Source of the DNA: Eledone cirrhosa
Taxonomy: Eukaryota
Assembly: GCA_964016885.1 (NCBI GenBank)
Contig: OZ024745.1
Coordinates: 806,001 to 870,000, forward strand
DNA: 64,000 nucleotides
Direction: 5' to 3'
A model generated the notes under the pieces. The model did not search any database and was not told the origin of the DNA. It worked only from the letters and a program-made list of their open reading frames with translations. This document shows, in pieces, positions 45,130 to 62,400 of this stretch. Every line of letters begins with the position of its first letter. The stretch's first letter is position 1. Position numbers and translations under genes: made by a program.

Positions 45130-48100
45130 TTACAACATACAGGGATACAGTGTACCTATTCTAAACTAGATATACATGGTATTACAACATACAGGGATAC
45201 AGTGTACCTATTCTAAACTAGATGTACATGGTATTACAACATACAGGGATACAGTGTACCTATTCTAAACTAGATATACATGGTAGTATGACATACAGGA
45301 TTACAGTGTACCTATTCTAAACTAGATATACATGGTATTACAACATACAAGGATACAGTGTACCTATTCTAAACTAGATATACATGGTATTACAACATAC
45401 AGGGATACAGTGTACCTATTCTAAACTAGATATACATGGTATTATGACATACAGGGATACAGTGTACCTATTCTAAACTAGATATACATGGTCTTATGAC
45501 ATACAGGGATACAGTGTACCTATTCTAAACTAGATATACATGGTATTACAACATACAGGGATACAGTGTACCTATTCTAAACTAGATATACATGGTATTA
45601 CAACATACAGGGATACAGTGTACCTATTCTAAACTAGATATACATGGTATTACAACATACAGGGATACAGTGTACCTATTCTAAACTAGATATACATGGT
45701 ATTATGACATACAGGGATACAGCGTACCTATTCTAAAGTAGATATATATGGTCTTACAACATACAGGGATACAGTGTAGCTATTCTAAACTAGATATACA
45801 TGGTATTATGACATACAGGGATACAGTGTACCTATTCTAAACTAGATATACATGGTATTACAACATACAGGGATACAGTGTACCTATTCTAAACTAGATA
45901 TATATGGTATTACAACATACAGAGATACAGTGTACCTATTCTAAACTAGATATATATGGTCTTATGACATACAGGGATACAGTGTACCTATTCTAAACTA
46001 GATATATATGGTCTTACAACATACAGGGATGCAGTGTACCTATTCTAAACTAGATATATATGGTATTACATCATACAGGGATACAGTGTACCTATTCTAA
46101 ACTAGATATATATGGTATTACAACATACAGGGATACAGTGTACCTATTCTAAGCTAGATATATATGGTATTACAACATACAGGGATACAGTGTACCTATT
46201 CTAAACTAGATATATATGGTATTACAACATACAGGGATACAGTGTATCTATTCTAAACTAGATATATATGGTATTACAACATACAGGGATACAGTGTACC
46301 TATTCTAAACTAGATATATATGGTACTACAACATACAGGGATACAGTGTACCTATTCTAAACTAGATATATATGGTATTACAACATACAGGGATACAGTG
46401 TACCTATTCTAAGCTAGATATACATGGTATTACAACATACAGGGATACAGTGTACCTATTCTAATCTAGATATATATGGTATTACAACATACAGGGATAC
46501 AGTGTACCTATTCTAAACTAGATATATATAGTATTACAACATACAGGGATACAGTGTACCTATTCTAAACTAGATATATATGGTATTACAACATACAGGT
46601 ATACATTGTACCTATTCTAAACTAGGTATATATGGTATTACAACATACAGGGATACAGTGTAACTATTCTAAACTAGATATACATGGTATTACAACATAC
46701 AGGGATACAGTGTACCTATTCTAAACTAGATATATATGGTATTACAACATACAGAGATACAGTGTACCTATAATAAAATAGATATACATGGTATTATGAC
46801 ATACAGGGATACAGTGTACCTATTCTAAATTTGATATACATGGTATTACAACATACAGAGATACAGTGTACATATTCTAAACTAGATATACATGGTCTTA
46901 CATCATCCAGGGATACAGTGTACCTATTGTAAACTAGATATATATGGTATTACAACATACAGGGATACAGTGTACCTATTCTAAACTAGATATACATGGT
47001 ATTAACACATACAGAGATACAGTGTACCTATTCTAAACTAGATATACATGGTATTACAGCATACAGGGATACAGTGTACCTATTGTAAACTAGATATACA
47101 TGGTATTACAAGATACAGGGATACAGTGTACCTATTCTAAACTAGATATATATGGTCTTACAACATACAGGGATACAGTGTACCTATTCTAAACTAGATA
47201 TACATGGTATTACATCATACAGGGATACAGTGTACCTATTCTAAACTAGATATATATGGTATTACAACATACAGCGATACAGTGTACCTATTCTAAACTA
47301 GATATACATGGTATTACAACATACAGGGATACAGTGTACCTATTCTAAACTAGGTATATATGGTATTACAAAATACAGGGATACAGTGTACCTATTCTAA
47401 ACTAGGTATACATGGTATTAACACATACAGAGATACAGTGTACCTATTCTAAACTAGATATATATGGTATTACAACATACAGGGATACAGTGTACCTATT
47501 CTAAACTAGATCTACATGGTATTACAACATACAGGGATACAGTGTACCTCTTCTAAACTAGATATACATGGTATTACAACATACAGGGATACAGTGTACC
47601 TATTCTAAACTAGATATACATGGTCTTACAACATACAGGGATACAGTGTACCTATTCTAAACTAGATATACATGGTATTACAACATACAGGGATACAGTG
47701 TACCTATTCTAAACTAGATATACATGGTCTTACAACATACAAGGATACAGTGTACCTATTCTAAACTAGATATACATGGTATTACAACATACAGGGATAC
47801 AGTGTACCTATTCTAAACTAGATATACATGGTCTTACAACATACAGGGATACAGTGTACCTATTCTAAACTAGATATACATGGTATTACAACATACAGGG
47901 ATACAGTGTGCCTATTCTAAACTAGATATATATGGTATTACAACAGACAGGGATACAGTGTACCTGGTATTACAACATACAGGGATACAGTGTACCTATT
48001 CTAAACTAGATATACATGGTATTACAACATACAGGGATACAGTGTACCTATTCTAAACTAGATGTACATGGTATTACAACATACAGGGATACAGTGTACC

Positions 48101-51100
48101 TATTCTAAACTAGATATACATGGAAGTATGACATACAGGATTACAGTGTACCTATTCTAAACTAGATATACATGGTATTACAACATACAGGGATACAGTG
48201 TACCTATTCTAAACTAGATATGCATGGTATTACAACATACAGGGATACAGTGTACCTATTCTAAACTAGATATATATGGTATTACAACATACAGGGATAC
48301 AGTGTACCTATTCTAAACTAGATATACATGGTATTACAACATACAGGGATACAGTGTGCCTATTCTAAACTAGATATATATGGTATTACAACAGACAGGG
48401 ATACAGTGTACCTGGTATTACAACATACAGGGATACAGTGTACCTATTCTAAACTAGATATACATGGTATTACAACATACAGGGATACAGTGTACCTATT
48501 CTAAACTAGATGTACATGGTATTACAACATACAGGGATACAGTGTACCTATTCTAAACTAGATATACATGGTAGTATGACATACAGGATTACAGTGTACC
48601 TATTCTAAACTAGATATACATGGTATTACAACATACAAGGATACAGTGTACCTATTCTAAACTAGATATACATGGTCTTACAACATACAGGGATACAGTG
48701 TACCTATTCTAAACTAGATATACATGGTATTACAACATACAGGGATACAGTGTACCTATTCTAAACTAGATATACATGGTCTTACAACATACAAGGATAC
48801 AGTGTACCTATTCTAAACTAGATATACATGGTATTACAACATACAGGGATACAGTGTACCTATTCTAAACTAGATATACATGGTCTTACAACATACAGGG
48901 ATACAGTGTACCTATTCTAAACTAGATATACATGGTATTACAACATACAGGGATACAGTGTGCCTATTCTAAACTAGATATATATGGTATTACAACAGAC
49001 AGGGATACAGTGTACCTGGTATTACAACATACAGGGATACAGTGTACCTATTCTAAACTAGATATACATGGTATTACAACATACAGGGATACAGTGTACC
49101 TATTCTAAACTAGATGTACATGGTATTACAACATACAGGGATACAGTGTACCTATTCTAAACTAGATATACATGGAAGTATGACATACAGGATTACAGTG
49201 TACCTATTCTAAACTAGATATACATGGTATTACAACATACAGGGATACAGTGTACCTATTCTAAACTAGATATGCATGGTATTACAACATACAGGGATAC
49301 AGTGTACCTATTCTAAACTAGATATACATGGTATTACAACATACAGGGATACAGTGTACCTATTCTAAACTAGATGTACATGGTATTACAACATACAGGG
49401 ATACAGTGTACCTATTCTAAACTAGATATACATGGTAGTATGACATACAGGATTACAGTGTACCTATTCTAAACTAGATATACATGGTATTACAACATAC
49501 AAGGATACAGTGTACCTATTCTAAACTAGATATACATGGTATTACAACATACAGGGATACAGTGTACCTATTCTAAACTAGATATACATGGTATTATGAC
49601 ATACAGGGATACAGTGTACCTATTCTAAACTAGATATACATGGTCTTATGACATACAGGGATACAGTGTACCTATTCTAAACTAGATATACATGGTATTA
49701 CAACATACAGGGATACAGTGTACCTATTCTAAACTAGATATACATGGTATTACAACATACAGGGATACAGTGTACCTATTCTAAACTAGATATACATGGT
49801 ATTACAACATACAGGGATACAGTGTACCTATTCTAAACTAGATATACATGGTATTATGACATACAGGGATACAGCGTACCTATTCTAAAGTAGATATATA
49901 TGGTCTTACAACATACAGGGATACAGTGTAGCTATTCTAAACTAGATATACATGGTATTATGACATACAGGGATACAGTGTACCTATTCTAAACTAGATA
50001 TACATGGTATTACAACATACAGGGATACAGTGTACCTATTCTAAACTAGATATATATGGTATTACAACATACAGAGATACAGTGTACCTATTCTAAACTA
50101 GATATATATGGTCTTATGACATACAGGGATACAGTGTACCTATTCTAAACTAGATATATATGGTCTTACAACATACAGGGATGCAGTGTACCTATTCTAA
50201 ACTAGATATATATGGTATTACATCATACAGGGATACAGTGTACCTATTCTAAACTAGATATATATGGTATTACAACATACAGGGATACAGTGTACCTATT
50301 CTAAGCTAGATATATATGGTATTACAACATACAGGGATACAGTGTACCTATTCTAAACTAGATATATATGGTATTACAACATACAGGGATACAGTGTATC
50401 TATTCTAAACTAGATATATATGGTATTACAACATACAGGGATACAGTGTACCTATTCTAAACTAGATATATATGGTACTACAACATACAGGGATACAGTG
50501 TACCTATTCTAAACTAGATATATATGGTATTACAACATACAGGGATACAGTGTACCTATTCTAAGCTAGATATACATGGTATTACAACATACAGGGATAC
50601 AGTGTACCTATTCTAATCTAGATATATATGGTATTACAACATACAGGGATACAGTGTACCTATTCTAAACTAGATATATATAGTATTACAACATACAGGG
50701 ATACAGTGTACCTATTCTAAACTAGATATATATGGTATTACAACATACAGGTATACATTGTACCTATTCTAAACTAGGTATATATGGTATTACAACATAC
50801 AGGGATACAGTGTAACTATTCTAAACTAGATATACATGGTATTACAACATACAGGGATACAGTGTACCTATTCTAAACTAGATATATATGGTATTACAAC
50901 ATACAGAGATACAGTGTACCTATAATAAAATAGATATACATGGTATTATGACATACAGGGATACAGTGTACCTATTCTAAATTTGATATACATGGTATTA
51001 CAACATACAGAGATACAGTGTACATATTCTAAACTAGATATACATGGTCTTACATCATCCAGGGATACAGTGTACCTATTGTAAACTAGATATATATGGT

Positions 51101-53480
51101 ATTACAACATACAGGGATACAGTGTACCTATTCTAAACTAGATATACATGGTATTAACACATACAGAGATACAGTGTACCTATTCTAAACTAGATATACA
51201 TGGTATTACAGCATACAGGGATACAGTGTACCTATTGTAAACTAGATATACATGGTATTACAAGATACAGGGATACAGTGTACCTATTCTAAACTAGATA
51301 TATATGGTCTTACAACATACAGGGATACAGTGTACCTATTCTAAACTAGATATACATGGTATTACATCATACAGGGATACAGTGTACCTATTCTAAACTA
51401 GATATATATGGTATTACAACATACAGCGATACAGTGTACCTATTCTAAACTAGATATACATGGTATTACAACATACAGGGATACAGTGTACCTATTCTAA
51501 ACTAGGTATATATGGTATTACAAAATACAGGGATACAGTGTACCTATTCTAAACTAGGTATACATGGTATTAACACATACAGAGATACAGTGTACCTATT
51601 CTAAACTAGATATATATGGTATTACAACATACAGGGATACAGTGTACCTATTCTAAACTAGATCTACATGGTATTACAACATACAGGGATACAGTGTACC
51701 TCTTCTAAACTAGATATACATGGTATTACAACATACAGGGATACAGTGTACCTATTCTAAACTAGATATACATGGTCTTACAACATACAGGGATACAGTG
51801 TACCTATTCTAAACTAGATATACATGGTATTACAACATACAGGGATACAGTGTACCTATTCTAAACTAGATATACATGGTCTTACAACATACAAGGATAC
51901 AGTGTACCTATTCTAAACTAGATATACATGGTATTACAACATACAGGGATACAGTGTACCTATTCTAAACTAGATATACATGGTCTTACAACATACAGGG
52001 ATACAGTGTACCTATTCTAAACTAGATATACATGGTATTACAACATACAGGGATACAGTGTGCCTATTCTAAACTAGATATATATGGTATTACAACAGAC
52101 AGGGATACAGTGTACCTGGTATTACAACATACAGGGATACAGTGTACCTATTCTAAACTAGATATACATGGTATTACAACATACAGGGATACAGTGTACC
52201 TATTCTAAACTAGATGTACATGGTATTACAACATACAGGGATACAGTGTACCTATTCTAAACTAGATATACATGGAAGTATGACATACAGGATTACAGTG
52301 TACCTATTCTAAACTAGATATACATGGTATTACAACATACAGGGATACAGTGTACCTATTCTAAACTAGATATGCATGGTATTACAACATACAGGGATAC
52401 AGTGTACCTATTCTAAACTAGATATATATGGTATTACAACATACAGGGATACAGTGTACCTATTCTAAACTAGATATACATGGTATTACAACATACAGGG
52501 ATACAGTGTGCCTATTCTAAACTAGATATATATGGTATTACAACAGACAGGGATACAGTGTACCTGGTATTACAACATACAGGGATACAGTGTACCTATT
52601 CTAAACTAGATATACATGGTATTACAACATACAGGGATACAGTGTACCTATTCTAAACTAGATGTACATGGTATTACAACATACAGGGATACAGTGTACC
52701 TATTCTAAACTAGATATACATGGTAGTATGACATACAGGATTACAGTGTACCTATTCTAAACTAGATATACATGGTATTACAACATACAAGGATACAGTG
52801 TACCTATTCTAAACTAGATATACATGGTCTTACAACATACAGGGATACAGTGTACCTATTCTAAACTAGATATACATGGTATTACAACATACAGGGATAC
52901 AGTGTACCTATTCTAAACTAGATATACATGGTCTTACAACATACAAGGATACAGTGTACCTATTCTAAACTAGATATACATGGTATTACAACATACAGGG
53001 ATACAGTGTACCTATTCTAAACTAGATATACATGGTCTTACAACATACAGGGATACAGTGTACCTATTCTAAACTAGATATACATGGTATTACAACATAC
53101 AGGGATACAGTGTGCCTATTCTAAACTAGATATATATGGTATTACAACAGACAGGGATACAGTGTACCTGGTATTACAACATACAGGGATACAGTGTACC
53201 TATTCTAAACTAGATATACATGGTATTACAACATACAGGGATACAGTGTACCTATTCTAAACTAGATGTACATGGTATTACAACATACAGGGATACAGTG
53301 TACCTATTCTAAACTAGATATACATGGAAGTATGACATACAGGATTACAGTGTACCTATTCTAAACTAGATATACATGGTATTACAACATACAGGGATAC
53401 AGTGTACCTATTCTAAACTAGATATGCATGGTATTACAACATACAGGGATACAGTGTACCTATTCTAAACTAGATATACA
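45130..53480. repeat. 4152-bp (81-monomer) near-perfect tandem duplication
   Basis: Constant offset 4152 (81x52-3x20): GATGTACA 45221/49373, GATGC 46028/50180, TGGTACTA 46321/50473, ACAGCGAT 47271/51423, deletion junctions 47966/52118, 48414/52566, 49018/53170, TATGC 49271/53423. Confidence 0.93.
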
Positions 53481-56400
53481 TGGTATTATGACATACAGGG
53501 ATACAGTGTACCTATTCTAAACTAGATATACATGGTCTTATGACATACAGGGATACAGTGTACCTATTCTAAACTAGATATACATGGTATTACAACATAC
53601 AGGGATACAGTGTACCTATTCTAAACTAGATATACATGGTATTACAACATACAGGGATACAGTGTACCTATTCTAAACTAGATATACATGGTATTACAAC
53701 ATACAGGGATACAGTGTACCTATTCTAAACTAGATATACATGGTATTATGACATACAGGGATACAGCGTACCTATTCTAAAGTAGATATATATGGTCTTA
53801 CAACATACAGGGATACAGTGTAGCTATTCTAAACTAGATATACATGGTATTATGACATACAGGGATACAGTGTACCTATTCTAAACTAGATATACATGGT
53901 ATTACAACATACAGGGATACAGTGTACCTATTCTAAACTAGATATATATGGTATTACAACATACAGAGATACAGTGTACCTATTCTAAACTAGATATATA
54001 TGGTCTTATGACATACAGGGATACAGTGTACCTATTCTAAACTAGATATATATGGTCTTACAACATACAGGGATGCAGTGTACCTATTCTAAACTAGATA
54101 TATATGGTATTACATCATACAGGGATACAGTGTACCTATTCTAAACTAGATATATATGGTATTACAACATACAGGGATACAGTGTACCTATTCTAAGCTA
54201 GATATATATGGTATTACAACATACAGGGATACAGTGTACCTATTCTAAACTAGATATATATGGTATTACAACATACAGGGATACAGTGTATCTATTCTAA
54301 ACTAGATATATATGGTATTACAACATACAGGGATACAGTGTACCTATTCTAAACTAGATATATATGGTATTACAACATACAGGGATACAGTGTACCTATT
54401 CTAAACTAGATATATATGGTATTACAACATACAGGGATACAGTGTACCTATTCTAAGCTAGATATACATGGTATTACAACATACAGGGATACAGTGTACC
54501 TATTCTAATCTAGATATATATGGTATTACAACATACAGAGATACAGTGTACCTATAATAAAATAGATATACATGGTATTATGACATACAGGGATACAGTG
54601 TACCTATTCTAAATTTGATATACATGGTATTACAACATACAGAGATAGAGTGTACATATTCTAAACTAGATATACATGGTCTTACATCATCCAGGGATAC
54701 AGTGTACCTATTGTAAACTAGATATATATGGTATTACAACATACAGGGATACAGTGTACCTATTCTAAACTAGATATACATGGTATTACATCATACAGGG
54801 ATACAGTGTACCTATTGTAAACTAGATATACATGGTATTACAACATACAGGGATACAGTGTACCTATTCTAAACTAGATATATATGGTCTTACAACATAC
54901 AGGGATACAGTGTACCTATTCTAAACTAGATATACATGGTATTACATCATACAGGGATACAGTGTACCTATTCTAAACTAGATATATATGGTATTACAAC
55001 ATACAGGGATACAGTGTATCTATTCAAAACTAGATATGCATGGTATTACAACATACAGGGATACAGTGTACCTATTCTAAACTAGGTATATATGGTATTA
55101 CAAAATACAGGGATACAGTGTACCTATTCTAAACTAGGTATACATGGTATTAACACATACAGAGATACAGTGTACCTATTCTAAACTAGATATATATGGT
55201 ATTACAACATACAGGGATACAGTGTACCTATTCTAAACTAGATCTACATGGTATTACAACATACAGGGATACAGTGTACCTCTTCTAAACTAGATATACA
55301 TGGTATTACAACATACAGGGATACAGTGTACCTATTCTAAACTAGATATACATGGCCTTACAACATACAGGGATACAGTGTACCTATTCTAAACTAGATA
55401 TACATGGTATTACAACATACAGGGATACAGTGTACCTATTCTAAACTAGATATACATGGTCTTACAACATACAGGGATACAGTGTACCTATTCTAAACTA
55501 GATATACATGGTATTACAACATACAGGGATACAGTGTACCTATTTTAAACTAGATATACATGGAAGTATGACATACAGGGTTACAGTGTACCTATTCTAA
55601 ACTAGATATACATGGTATTACAACATACAGGGATACAGTGTACCTATTCTAAACTAGATATACATGGTATTATGACATACAGGGATACAGTGTACCTATT
55701 CTGAACTAGATATACATGGTATTATGACATACAGGGATACAGTGTACCTATTCTAAACTAGATATACATGGTCTTATGACATACAGGGATACAGTGTACC
55801 TATTCTAAACTAGATATACATGGTCTTACAACATACAGGGATACAGTGTACCTATTCTAAACTAGATATATATGGTATTACAACATACAGAGATACAGTG
55901 TACCTATTCTAAACTAGATATATATGGTCTTACAACATACAGAGATACAATGTACCTATTCTAAACTAGATATACATGGTATTACAACATACAGGGATAC
56001 AGTGTACCTATTCTAATCTAGATATATATGGTATTACAACATACAGGGATACAGTATACCTATTCTAAACTAGATATATATGGTATTACAACATACAGGG
56101 ATACAGTGTACCTATTCTAAACTAGATATATATGGTATTACAACATACAGGGATACAGTGTGCTATTCTAAACTAGGTATATATGGTATTACAACATACA
56201 GGGATACAGTGTACCTATTCTAAACTAGATATACATGGTATTACAACATACAGGGATACAGTGTACCTATTCTAAACTAGATATACATGGTATTATGACA
56301 TACAGGGATACAGTGTACCTATTCTAAACTAGATATATATGGTATTATAACATACAGGGATACAGTGTACCTATTCTAAACTAGATATACATGGTATTAC

Positions 56401-59400
56401 AACATACAGGGATACAGTGTACCTATTCTAAACTAGATATACATGGTATTACAACATACAGGGATACAGTGTACCTATTCTAAACTAGATATACATGGTC
56501 TTACAACATACAGGGATACAGTGTACCTATTCTAAACTAGATATACATGGTATTACAACATACAGGGATACAGTGTACCTATTCTAAACTAGATATACAT
56601 GGTCTTACAACATACAGGGATACAGTGTACCTATTCTAAACTAGATATACATGGTATTACAACATACAGGGATACAGTGTACCTATTCTAAACTAGATAT
56701 ATATGGTATTACAACATACAGGGATACAGTGTACCTATTCTAAACTAGATATACATGGTATTACAACATACAGGGATACAGTGTACCTATTCTAAACTAG
56801 ATATACATGGTATTACAACATACAGGGATACAGTGTACCTATTCTAAACTAGATATACATGGTCTTACAACATACAAGGATACAGTGTACCTATTCTAAA
56901 CTAGATATACATGGTATTACAACATACAGGGATACAGTGTACCTATTCTAAACTAGATATACATGGTCTTACAACATACAGGGATACAGTGTACCTATTC
57001 TAAACTAGATATACATGGTATTACAACATACAGGGATACAGTGTGCCTATTCTAAACTAGATATATATGGTATTACAACAGACAGGGATACAGTGTACCT
57101 GGTATTACAACATACAGGGATACAGTGTACCTATTCTAAACTAGATATACATGGTATTACAACATACAGGGATACAGTGTACCTATTCTAAACTAGATGT
57201 ACATGGTATTACAACATACAGGGATACAGTGTACCTATTCTAAACTAGATATACATGGTAGTATGACATACAGGATTACAGTGTACCTATTCTAAACTAG
57301 ATATACATGGTATTACAACATACAGGGATACAGTGTACCTATTCTAAACTAGATATACATGGTATTACAACATACAGGGATACAGTGTACCTATTCTAAA
57401 CTAGATATACATGGTATTATGACATACAGGGATACAGTGTACCTATTCTAAACTAGATATACATGGTCTTATGACATACAGGGATACAGTGTACCTATTC
57501 TAAACTAGATATACATGGTCTTATGACATACAGGGATACAGTGTACCTATTCTAAACTAGATATACATGGTCTTACAACATACAGGGATACAGTGTACCT
57601 ATTCTAAACTAGATATACATGGTATTACAACATACAGGGATACAGTGTGCCTATTCTAAACTAGATATATATGGTATTACAACAGACAGGGATACAGTGT
57701 ACCTGGTATTACAACATACAGGGATACAGTGTACCTATTCTAAACTAGATATACATGGTATTACAACATACAGGGATACAGTGTACCTATTCTAAACTAG
57801 ATGTACATGGTATTACAACATACAGGGATACAGTGTACCTATTCTAAACTAGATATACATGGAAGTATGACATACAGGATTACAGTGTACCTATTCTAAA
57901 CTAGATATACATGGTATTACAACATACAGGGATACAGTGTACCTATTCTAAACTAGATATGCATGGTATTACAACATACAGGGATACAGTGTACCTATTC
58001 TAAACTAGATATATATGGTATTACAACATACAGGGATACAGTGTACCTATTCTAAACTAGATATACATGGTATTACAACATACAGGGATACAGTGTGCCT
58101 ATTCTAAACTAGATATATATGGTATTACAACAGACAGGGATACAGTGTACCTGGTATTACAACATACAGGGATACAGTGTACCTATTCTAAACTAGATAT
58201 ACATGGTATTACAACATACAGGGATACAGTGTACCTATTCTAAACTAGATGTACATGGTATTACAACATACAGGGATACAGTGTACCTATTCTAAACTAG
58301 ATATACATGGTAGTATGACATACAGGATTACAGTGTACCTATTCTAAACTAGATATACATGGTATTACAACATACAAGGATACAGTGTACCTATTCTAAA
58401 CTAGATATACATGGTCTTACAACATACAGGGATACAGTGTACCTATTCTAAACTAGATATACATGGTATTACAACATACAGGGATACAGTGTACCTATTC
58501 TAAACTAGATATACATGGTCTTACAACATACAAGGATACAGTGTACCTATTCTAAACTAGATATACATGGTATTACAACATACAGGGATACAGTGTACCT
58601 ATTCTAAACTAGATATACATGGTCTTACAACATACAGGGATACAGTGTACCTATTCTAAACTAGATATACATGGTATTACAACATACAGGGATACAGTGT
58701 GCCTATTCTAAACTAGATATATATGGTATTACAACAGACAGGGATACAGTGTACCTGGTATTACAACATACAGGGATACAGTGTACCTATTCTAAACTAG
58801 ATATACATGGTATTACAACATACAGGGATACAGTGTACCTATTCTAAACTAGATGTACATGGTATTACAACATACAGGGATACAGTGTACCTATTCTAAA
58901 CTAGATATACATGGAAGTATGACATACAGGATTACAGTGTACCTATTCTAAACTAGATATACATGGTATTACAACATACAGGGATACAGTGTACCTATTC
59001 TAAACTAGATATGCATGGTATTACAACATACAGGGATACAGTGTACCTATTCTAAACTAGATATACATGGTATTATGACATACAGGGATACAGTGTACCT
59101 ATTCTAAACTAGATATACATGGTCTTATGACATACAGGGATACAGTGTACCTATTCTAAACTAGATATACATGGTATTACAACATACAGGGATACAGTGT
59201 ACCTATTCTAAACTAGATATACATGGTATTACAACATACAGGGATACAGTGTACCTATTCTAAACTAGATATACATGGTATTACAACATACAGGGATACA
59301 GTGTACCTATTCTAAACTAGATATACATGGTATTATGACATACAGGGATACAGCGTACCTATTCTAAAGTAGATATATATGGTCTTACAACATACAGGGA

Positions 59401-62400
59401 TACAGTGTAGCTATTCTAAACTAGATATACATGGTATTATGACATACAGGGATACAGTGTACCTATTCTAAACTAGATATACATGGTATTACAACATACA
59501 GGGATACAGTGTACCTATTCTAAACTAGATATATATGGTATTACAACATACAGAGATACAGTGTACCTATTCTAAACTAGATATATATGGTCTTATGACA
59601 TACAGGGATACAGTGTACCTATTCTAAACTAGATATATATGGTCTTACAACATACAGGGATGCAGTGTACCTATTCTAAACTAGATATATATGGTATTAC
59701 ATCATACAGGGATACAGTGTACCTATTCTAAACTAGATATATATGGTATTACAACATACAGGGATACAGTGTACCTATTCTAAGCTAGATATATATGGTA
59801 TTACAACATACAGGGATACAGTGTACCTATTCTAAACTAGATATATATGGTATTACAACATACAGGGATACAGTGTATCTATTCTAAACTAGATATATAT
59901 GGTATTACAACATACAGGGATACAGTGTACCTATTCTAAACTAGATATATATGGTATTACAACATACAGGGATACAGTGTACCTATTCTAAACTAGATAT
60001 ATATGGTATTACAACATACAGGGATACAGTGTACCTATTCTAAGCTAGATATACATGGTATTACAACATACAGGGATACAGTGTACCTATTCTAATCTAG
60101 ATATATATGGTATTACAACATACAGAGATACAGTGTACCTATAATAAAATAGATATACATGGTATTATGACATACAGGGATACAGTGTACCTATTCTAAA
60201 TTTGATATACATGGTATTACAACATACAGAGATAGAGTGTACATATTCTAAACTAGATATACATGGTCTTACATCATCCAGGGATACAGTGTACCTATTG
60301 TAAACTAGATATATATGGTATTACAACATACAGGGATACAGTGTACCTATTCTAAACTAGATATACATGGTATTACATCATACAGGGATACAGTGTACCT
60401 ATTGTAAACTAGATATACATGGTATTACAACATACAGGGATACAGTGTACCTATTCTAAACTAGATATATATGGTCTTACAACATACAGGGATACAGTGT
60501 ACCTATTCTAAACTAGATATACATGGTATTACATCATACAGGGATACAGTGTACCTATTCTAAACTAGATATATATGGTATTACAACATACAGGGATACA
60601 GTGTATCTATTCAAAACTAGATATACATGGTATTACAACATACAGGGATACAGTGTACCTATTCTAAACTAGGTATATATGGTATTACAAAATACAGGGA
60701 TACAGTGTACCTATTCTAAACTAGGTATACATGGTATTAACACATACAGAGATACAGTGTACCTATTCTAAACTAGATATATATGGTATTACAACATACA
60801 GGGATACAGTGTACCTATTCTAAACTAGATCTACATGGTATTACAACATACAGGGATACAGTGTACCTCTTCTAAACTAGATATACATGGTATTACAACA
60901 TACAGGGATACAGTGTACCTATTCTAAACTAGATATACATGGCCTTACAACATACAGGGATACAGTGTACCTATTCTAAACTAGATATACATGGTATTAC
61001 AACATACAGGGATACAGTGTACCTATTCTAAACTAGATATACATGGTCTTACAACATACAGGGATACAGTGTACCTATTCTAAACTAGATATACATGGTA
61101 TTACAACATACAGGGATACAGTGTACCTATTTTAAACTAGATATACATGGAAGTATGACATACAGGGTTACAGTGTACCTATTCTAAACTAGATATACAT
61201 GGTATTACAACATACAGGGATACAGTGTACCTATTCTAAACTAGATATACATGGTATTATGACATACAGGGATACAGTGTACCTATTCTGAACTAGATAT
61301 ACATGGTATTATGACATACAGGGATACAGTGTACCTATTCTAAACTAGATATACATGGTCTTATGACATACAGGGATACAGTGTACCTATTCTAAACTAG
61401 ATATACATGGTCTTACAACATACAGGGATACAGTGTACCTATTCTAAACTAGATATATATGGTATTACAACATACAGAGATACAGTGTACCTATTCTAAA
61501 CTAGATATATATGGTCTTACAACATACAGAGATACAATGTACCTATTCTAAACTAGATATACATGGTATTACAACATACAGGGATACAGTGTACCTATTC
61601 TAATCTAGATATATATGGTATTACAACATACAGGGATACAGTATACCTATTCTAAACTAGATATATATGGTATTACAACATACAGGGATACAGTGTACCT
61701 ATTCTAAACTAGATATATATGGTATTACAACATACAGGGATACAGTGTGCTATTCTAAACTAGGTATATATGGTATTACAACATACAGGGATACAGTGTA
61801 CCTATTCTAAACTAGATATACATGGTATTACAACATACAGGGATACAGTGTACCTATTCTAAACTAGATATACATGGTATTATGACATACAGGGATACAG
61901 TGTACCTATTCTAAACTAGATATATATGGTATTATAACATACAGGGATACAGTGTACCTATTCTAAACTAGATATACATGGTATTACAACATACAGGGAT
62001 ACAGTGTACCTATTCTAAACTAGATATACATGGTATTACAACATACAGGGATACAGTGTACCTATTCTAAACTAGATATACATGGTCTTACAACATACAG
62101 GGATACAGTGTACCTATTCTAAACTAGATATACATGGTATTACAACATACAGGGATACAGTGTACCTATTCTAAACTAGATATACATGGTCTTACAACAT
62201 ACAGGGATACAGTGTACCTATTCTAAACTAGATATACATGGTATTACAACATACAGGGATACAGTGTACCTATTCTAAACTAGATATATATGGTATTACA
62301 ACATACAGGGATACAGTGTACCTATTCTAAACTAGATATACATGGTATTACAACATACAGGGATACAGTGTACCTATTCTAAACTAGATATACATGGTAT

